DNA of 63,617 bases, filler included, from Trichomonas gallinae (taxonomy: Eukaryota): NCBI GenBank assembly GCA_008369845.1. It is 10 parts of 10 records of this genome, joined end to end, with 100 filler letters (N's around TTAATTAATTAA, not from the genome) between each part and the next. Parts side by side here need not be neighbours in the genome. Positions count along the whole stretch, not along the records: positions 58,033 to 59,302 come from MRSU01000543.1; positions 59,403 to 62,322 come from MRSU01000545.1; positions 62,423 to 63,617 come from MRSU01000546.1; 7 more parts are not named here. One strand, given 5' to 3'. The position numbers and the translations under genes were made by a program. Shown in pieces: positions 57,933 through 63,617 of this stretch (positions within the stretch are counted from its first letter, which is position 1; each line of letters begins with the position of its first letter). Below the pieces are notes generated by a model. It made no database searches and was not told the origin of the DNA. It was given only the letters and a program-made list of their open reading frames with translations.

Positions 57933-58409
57933 NNNNNNNNNNNNNNNNNNNNNNNNNNNNNNNNNNNNNNNNNNNNTTAATTAATTAANNNNNNNNNNNN
58001 NNNNNNNNNNNNNNNNNNNNNNNNNNNNNNNNGGCCTTAGCCATTTTGGCCGATTGCCGAAATTCGAGGGGGTTAGCCGGCTACCGAAGACAATAGGACT
58101 AAAGTCCAATGTATTAAAAATTGATAGCCTCAGCAGTAATTAAAATAAAACATGCATATAGTTCCCATCATTATAGTACGATTCAAAATCAAGCAATTTT
58201 TTTTTATTGAGCAAATTTGATATCAAATCATATTTTATTTCAATAAGTCTTAAAACAATCAGATAAATAATCTCAATACAAAGCTTCAATGAGTATAATT
58301 ATTTCTATCATTGATAATTGTGATTTATAACAAATTTTGACATGTAAAATAATAATGACAGAAAATTATGTCAAATTTCAATGTGACAAAAGTGAATTAA
58401 AAATTTTAG

Positions 58410-58685
58410 ATGCACGACAAAGCAGATTCAACGCATCTTTTAGAACCACCTCTTAAAGTATTTGTTGGATACTTGAAAGAACGCGCAAGACTTCGAGTTC
58501 ATTTGAATGGAAACTCGAAAATGTACATGGAAGGAAATCTTCTTGGCTTCGATGAGTACATGAACTTAGTTCTCGGTGATTCTTATGAAGTATATCCGAA
58601 AGAAAACACACGTATACCTCTTGGAACATCAATGTTGAGAGGTGAATGTGTTGGCCTCGCTCATCCGATCCCAAACATACTATAA
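58410..58685 (+). CDS. SmE: Small nuclear ribonucleoprotein Sm E
   Basis: PLKVFVGYLKERARLRVHL..MEGNLLGFDEYMNLVL..LGTSMLRGECV aligns with the SmE Sm1/Sm2 motifs (GFDEYMNLVL). Confidence 0.9.
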   Translation: MHDKADSTHLLEPPLKVFVGYLKERARLRVHLNGNSKMYMEGNLLGFDEYMNLVLGDSYEVYPKENTRIPLGTSMLRGECVGLAHPIPNIL

Positions 58686-58723
58686 GCAACAACCTTACAA
58701 AAATATACATTTACCATATACAA

Positions 58724-58771
58724 TTTGTTTTATTGATACTTTGTTTTATTGATACTTTGTTTTATTGATAC
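58724..58771. repeat. Tandem repeat, 3 x 16 bp
   Basis: TTTGTTTTATTGATAC x3 just downstream of SmE. Confidence 0.9.
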
Positions 58772-59224
58772 TTTAATTTTGTTGTTCTAAAGCTATTTCA
58801 TATGATAATCAGCTAATCTTATCATAGCATACATTTGACAGGAAATATATATTTAATATTGAGTGCAGCTGAAGCTTCAAATAAAGGAGTTTTGTCGTTT
58901 TTATTTTTAACTTTAATATGCTCGTTATCGAAGCTAGATTTATGTTTAATTAGGCATTATATAGCTTTCATGTTATAGAATGATGTTTAATTATGCTTAA
59001 TGACTGTAGAATTCATGTTTGGAAGAAAGCTGTGTTTAATTATCACACGCACGAATATTGTATCCATGATATCGAACAAGATCACAACACATTTATTTGT
59101 TTAAAAAATTGATTCTGCTTCTATGATAGTTTTGTTGAATTGAAATGAAAACATCATATTGGAGCTGTGAGTATCAATAACATTTTCTATTAATCTGGTT
59201 ATAAATGCTGAAGATATTTTTCGA

Positions 59225-59302
59225 TACCGTCATCCGCTTTTCGGGGATCAGCTGGGTTTTCGGGGATCTATTCAATCTAGAGGGGTGCAAAGTGGCATGA
59301 CC
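59225..59302 (+). mobile_element. DNA-transposon left end related to the 36541-36795 element
   Basis: TA|CCGT lies 78 nt from the gap. TTTTCGGGGATC occurs twice. TATTCAAT is at position 45, followed 11 nt later by CAAAGTGGCA, as in the 36795 end. Confidence 0.75.
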
Positions 59303-60311
59303 NNNNNNNNNNNNNNNNNNNNNNNNNNNNNNNNNNNNNNNNNNNNTTAATTAATTAANNNNNNNNNNNNNNNNNNNNNNNNNNNNNNNNNNNNNNNNNN
59401 NNCCCATTGATCACATGACATATGAACACCTGTCAAATATCGTAATAGAGTCATTCTGATTTTAACTTTTTTGTAAAAAATGATTTTGCTTTGAATTAAA
59501 ATTTTGATGATATAAGTTCGTTATATTGTATCTGTTGACTTTAATTAACACTAGGTTTGTCTTTCCTCAGAAATGTTCGGTTGCAACGTTTTTATGATCA
59601 TAAAATTTAAAAGCGAAATTATTATTTATATAATATATGCAAGATAAAATCAATCAAAAGTTTCAATTTACATGTGTTCGAGGAACCTCAGGCTGCGTAA
59701 ACTATATAAAATATAAAATTTTAAAATTAGCATCCTTATAAACTGGTTGACCGAAGGTGGCCACTATATTTTTAAGGTTACTTTAAACGGTTAATTAATA
59801 TATTTTCTCTTTGTGTACGCTTAAAATTGAGAAATTGAGAAGACCTTCTCACAATTGGTCCTGCTAATAATAAATTTCATCGCTATCTATTTTGTCATAT
59901 TTGAATGGTTTACATGTTTTGATATTAATTGAATGCTCCTGTGAAAAATCTTGTGCCTGTAATTTACTTTTTTCTGGAAAAAATTTCCTGTATCATTTTT
60001 AACTCTTTCTTAGAGATCCTTAATTTGATATCAATGCATCATCTAAATTCAATGATGAACTATTGATTCTACGCAGTAATAAACAGAAGATATGATAATT
60101 GGCTTCCTATATACTGTTTCCCCCACGAAAACCTTTCATTTAAGCAATATTTAATAATTTTGATTGATGTAAAAAATCTGACATGAATTTTAATCGCTGA
60201 TAACTACACATCAACTTTTAAAATAATATTAGATTTAATTGAGAATACATATTATATTTAGATGAAAAATATTGATGATGAATAAAAAAAATCAAAACAA
60301 ATATTTAAAAA

Positions 60312-62042
60312 TCATACAGCGGATCCTATTTTCCTACGTTTTATCTTTCCCAATGGTTTGATTGTAATCATTGGGGACTTCTTCGTAGTTTTATAGGACG
60401 AATATCTTTGTGCGGTTCTCGCAGTCATAACAGTTTCTACATTTTCTGGTATAGGCGATAATTTAAGCGGTGCAGAAGTTTGAGTTCTTTTCATTTCTTC
60501 TATTTCACTTTCTAATTTAGTTTTTCTTGCTTCTAACGCTTGCATCTTAATATCATGGTTTCTCTGTATCTGGTTTATTATCTTCTTAGAGTGCTGCTCG
60601 AAAACGTCAAGAGCGAGTTTATGCCTCTCTTCTATCTTCTTCTGTGCCTTGTCGCGCTCTTGGTAAGCAGTTTCCTGGGCTTCTGCGCTCTCTTTCTTCT
60701 CTAGTTCTATAGATTTCTTTTTAATCTCGTCAGCTCTGTCGAACATCTTCGCGAGAATCATTTGGCGCTCGAGCTGCTTCAGCATCAACAGTTGCGAGCT
60801 CGGCTTCGCGAAATTCATCCGCAAAAATGTTTCGTCGTTCCAATGTTCTTCAAATTCGTCTAATTCTAGGTTCTGCTGGGCTATAAGTGTCTTCCTTCTG
60901 TTCTTCTGCTTGTTTTCTTCAGCTTTTAGAGCCTTTTTGAGGTCTTTGTTTGTTTTTGTAATTTCATCTTTAACAACTTCTAATTTTTCTTCTAACGATT
61001 GGAAAGCTGAGCGTGTTCTTGCCTTAGAATCTGATATAGTAAGTTCCTTAAGGAGTGTCGTAACTGTATCATGCATTTTTTGTGCTTTAACATAATCATT
61101 TTGAACAAGAGCATTGATTTTTTCGCGTTGAACATACTGAATGAGCTGCTCACGCTGGTTGTGAGGCGGAAAACGTCCAGTTGCAAGATATTTTTTAAGC
61201 ATTAAAGCATTTTCTTCATCTATCTCAGGTGTTGTAGCAAGTGGCGGAAGTTTTGTAAGAGAAGGTACCTGAGTTAAAGGCGCTGTCTTTGGAGGTTCAT
61301 CTCCACTGTAAATTTTAACTGTATCTCTTCCTGAGTTAATATCTGTATGTATATCGTCCATATTTTCATCCTCATCTTCATTATTCTGTTCGTCATCGTT
61401 GTTTTCTTCTATTTCGTTTGTTTCCGATTCTTGATTTGATCGAGGTGATAGATCTTCTTGCTCAACGTTTGGCGATTTTATTTCATGGTCTGTAGTGAAG
61501 ACGTTTTCATCTTTTTGTTCGACATTATTCTCTTCTTCTTCGTGATTTTGTTGTTCTTCTTCTTGAATTTGTTGCTCTTCTTCTTCATTGTGATGCTCAT
61601 CTTCTTCATTATGTGGTGCTTCTTCCGCTTCTGCTGGGTTTATGACTTTCTGTACGGCTTCAACGAATGCATTTGCAGGAACTAAGCCAGCAGAAACCAT
61701 GAGGCTGCCTTCATTTTCTTCTGGAGGCAGGTTAGTTTCTTCATCCTCTTTAATTGGTTCTGTTGGCTCTGGATTTTCAGTATTATCGACGTTATCTTGA
61801 TTTTCTTCTGTTTGTTCGTTATTTTCGACAATTTCTTGCGTATTTTGCTCTTCCTCATGAAATTCTTGCTCTTGAGGCTGATTTTCTGCATTTTCAGGCG
61901 CTTCTTCGAAATCATCTTCAATTATTTTCGTTATTGGCTGTGTTTTTGCATTAATTTCCGTCAAATTATACACATTGCCATCTCCACCGATAGGTGAACT
62001 GCTATCGGCAAGACTTAAAGGCCGATTTTCTTCATTATCCAT
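60312..62042 (-). CDS. Acidic disordered N-terminus plus coiled-coil protein
   Basis: 576 aa. E/N/Q-rich first half, UVR-like ALVQNDYVKA segment, long heptads. Confidence 0.85.
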   Translation of the reverse strand: MDNEENRPLSLADSSSPIGGDGNVYNLTEINAKTQPITKIIEDDFEEAPENAENQPQEQEFHEEEQNTQEIVENNEQTEENQDNVDNTENPEPTEPIKEDEETNLPPEENEGSLMVSAGLVPANAFVEAVQKVINPAEAEEAPHNEEDEHHNEEEEQQIQEEEQQNHEEEENNVEQKDENVFTTDHEIKSPNVEQEDLSPRSNQESETNEIEENNDDEQNNEDEDENMDDIHTDINSGRDTVKIYSGDEPPKTAPLTQVPSLTKLPPLATTPEIDEENALMLKKYLATGRFPPHNQREQLIQYVQREKINALVQNDYVKAQKMHDTVTTLLKELTISDSKARTRSAFQSLEEKLEVVKDEITKTNKDLKKALKAEENKQKNRRKTLIAQQNLELDEFEEHWNDETFLRMNFAKPSSQLLMLKQLERQMILAKMFDRADEIKKKSIELEKKESAEAQETAYQERDKAQKKIEERHKLALDVFEQHSKKIINQIQRNHDIKMQALEARKTKLESEIEEMKRTQTSAPLKLSPIPENVETVMTARTAQRYSSYKTTKKSPMITIKPLGKIKRRKIGSAV

Positions 62043-62249
62043 GAAATATTGTAAAAAACGAAAATAAAAAGTGACTAATTTTGCAATTATATCATAAATG
62101 AGTCATAGATTATTAGGCTATTTAATTTTCACAAAAATTGAGCAAAAATGTAAACAAATGATTTCAATAAAAAATATCAGATTTCATGAATAATTTGACC
62201 TGTAATGTAGTTTTAAAGTTATAATAATTTATAATTTAAATGAATGTAA

Positions 62250-62322
62250 GGGCCTTTAGCTCACCTGGGAGAGCGTGCGACTGAAGATCGCAAGGTACGT
62301 GGTTCAAGTCCGCGAAGGCCCA
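62250..62322 (+). tRNA. tRNA-Phe (anticodon GAA)
   Basis: Acceptor stem GGGCCTT/AAGGCCC plus A. D arm GCTC/GAGC. Anticodon arm TGCGA-CTGAAGA-TCGCA. T arm CGTGG-TTCAAGT-CCGCG. Confidence 0.96.
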
Positions 62323-62422
62323 NNNNNNNNNNNNNNNNNNNNNNNNNNNNNNNNNNNNNNNNNNNNTTAATTAATTAANNNNNNNNNNNNNNNNNNNNNN
62401 NNNNNNNNNNNNNNNNNNNNNN

Positions 62423-62501
62423 ATGGCTCAAAATTGTAAGCGCAAGTTCTAAAATTTAAAGCAGGGGCATTCAAAAAGTGAGTATGTCGGTCGACCCTTA
62501 A
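62423..62501 (-). mobile_element. Probable Kolobok-like transposon end (..CCC|TTAA)
   Basis: The reverse complement begins TTAA|GGGTCGACC and ends 79 nt from the gap. Confidence 0.6.
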
Positions 62502-63617
62502 ACGTTTGCTATTTGACTGTAAATTATTTTACATGTCATTTATTTTATGTAAAGTGATAAAATGCCAAAATAAAATATATATTTTGTTGGCCTTCAATTA
62601 TTTTTCGAATGTTTTGAAATTTTAGGCTTTAATATTATGCTTAAATTGTAGATATATTTTAAATTGTCCGTTTATTTTCAATTAAAAGTGACGTTGTAAA
62701 CTTGTTACACTAATTTTGAATTCCCTTTACCGATGGCATGATAGCCAAGGTACAATTGAATAGTCTTAGAACAACTTTCTGCGTGCTTTCAAATTTGTTT
62801 TTGGATTCAATAAAATTATATCATTATATTGATTAACATATGATATAGATTCCATTGGCACAATTTAACCTTTACATGCTAAATAAAATTCTCATTTTCA
62901 TATCCAAAAATTAAATAATATTGTTATATGAGTAGAATGCATTCATTTTTAATTTGTAACAAAAATTTTGCGGTTTAGATGCGATTTCGACATTTATTTA
63001 TCCTATAGTTCGCCATCTTTATCTGATATTGCACATAATATTAAAATATAAACAAAAAATTTTATGAAAACAAAAATCTATATTGATTTTTATGGATATT
63101 TTCATTGAATATCACAAAGCAAAAACAGAGTTTTTAAATCGCCTTTTGGTCTAAAAATTTAAAACAAGTTCTGGAGATAAAATAACGACATTCTTTTTCT
63201 TGAAAAATTAAACGGTATTTATGCATTCGCAAAAAATGTTCATAATAAGCAGATTCTATATTTGTAATTTAAACTTTAAACGTTCACTCATTTTGCTTTT
63301 TTCTTGATGAAAATCATATTCTTTTTTGCAAAAACAGATGATTACCATTTTCCGCTTACTGAAATTCGTTTAAGGGTCTCATTCAAAAAAAAATTCAACG
63401 CATTTTGATCATATTTATAATATACAATATTCTGGTAATTTTAAACATCAAATACGAATCTTAATACTAACAAAATTGAAGGCCTTATCAATCTTGTCTG
63501 AGGCTATCTCAATTGTTCTAAGGCTATCGTGCCCTCTGTATGACACTAACCTATCTAACGAGCAATGAAAATTTTTGAAGAATATTATATATTAATGTGA
63601 TACCTGTTGATCAAAAA

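Noticed and set aside
58724..58771. CRISPR-like short repeats (also 24573-24630)
   Set aside because: They are head-to-tail with no spacers, there are no cas genes, and the context is eukaryotic.

Overview
AT-rich, gene-dense, nearly intron-free eukaryotic DNA, most consistent with a Trichomonas-like parabasalid. The evidence for that is the TCA(T/C)(T/A) initiators, AAAGTGAC/CCTTT promoter motifs, the exact ACTAACACACAG intron 3' motif and typical expanded gene families. Nine 100-nt scaffold linkers (N44-TTAATTAATTAA-N44) split the window. It holds about 25 protein genes: ArfGAP, bromodomain-ET, SMP-domain, BTB, RRM, BEACH, calmodulin-like, GNAT, C2, Vps15-like, SAPS-like, a catalytically degenerate P4-ATPase, SmE and coiled-coil proteins. 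It also has a tandem array of mucin-stalk single-pass surface proteins (44.2-52.3 kb, one a pseudogene), two Gly-rich pseudogenes, tRNA-Val(GAC), tRNA-Phe(GAA) and several DNA-transposon ends at contig edges. The best finding is at 28.8-29.1 kb: an ORF-less transcription unit with a canonical 106-nt spliceosomal intron almost filled by a box C/D snoRNA, i.e. a candidate non-coding snoRNA host gene in an extremely intron-poor lineage. Also notable are a strongly enriched intergenic motif TGWCRYGTAAA and a conserved Myb-element-like box upstream of four surface-protein paralogs. All calls come from manual reading; no searches were run.
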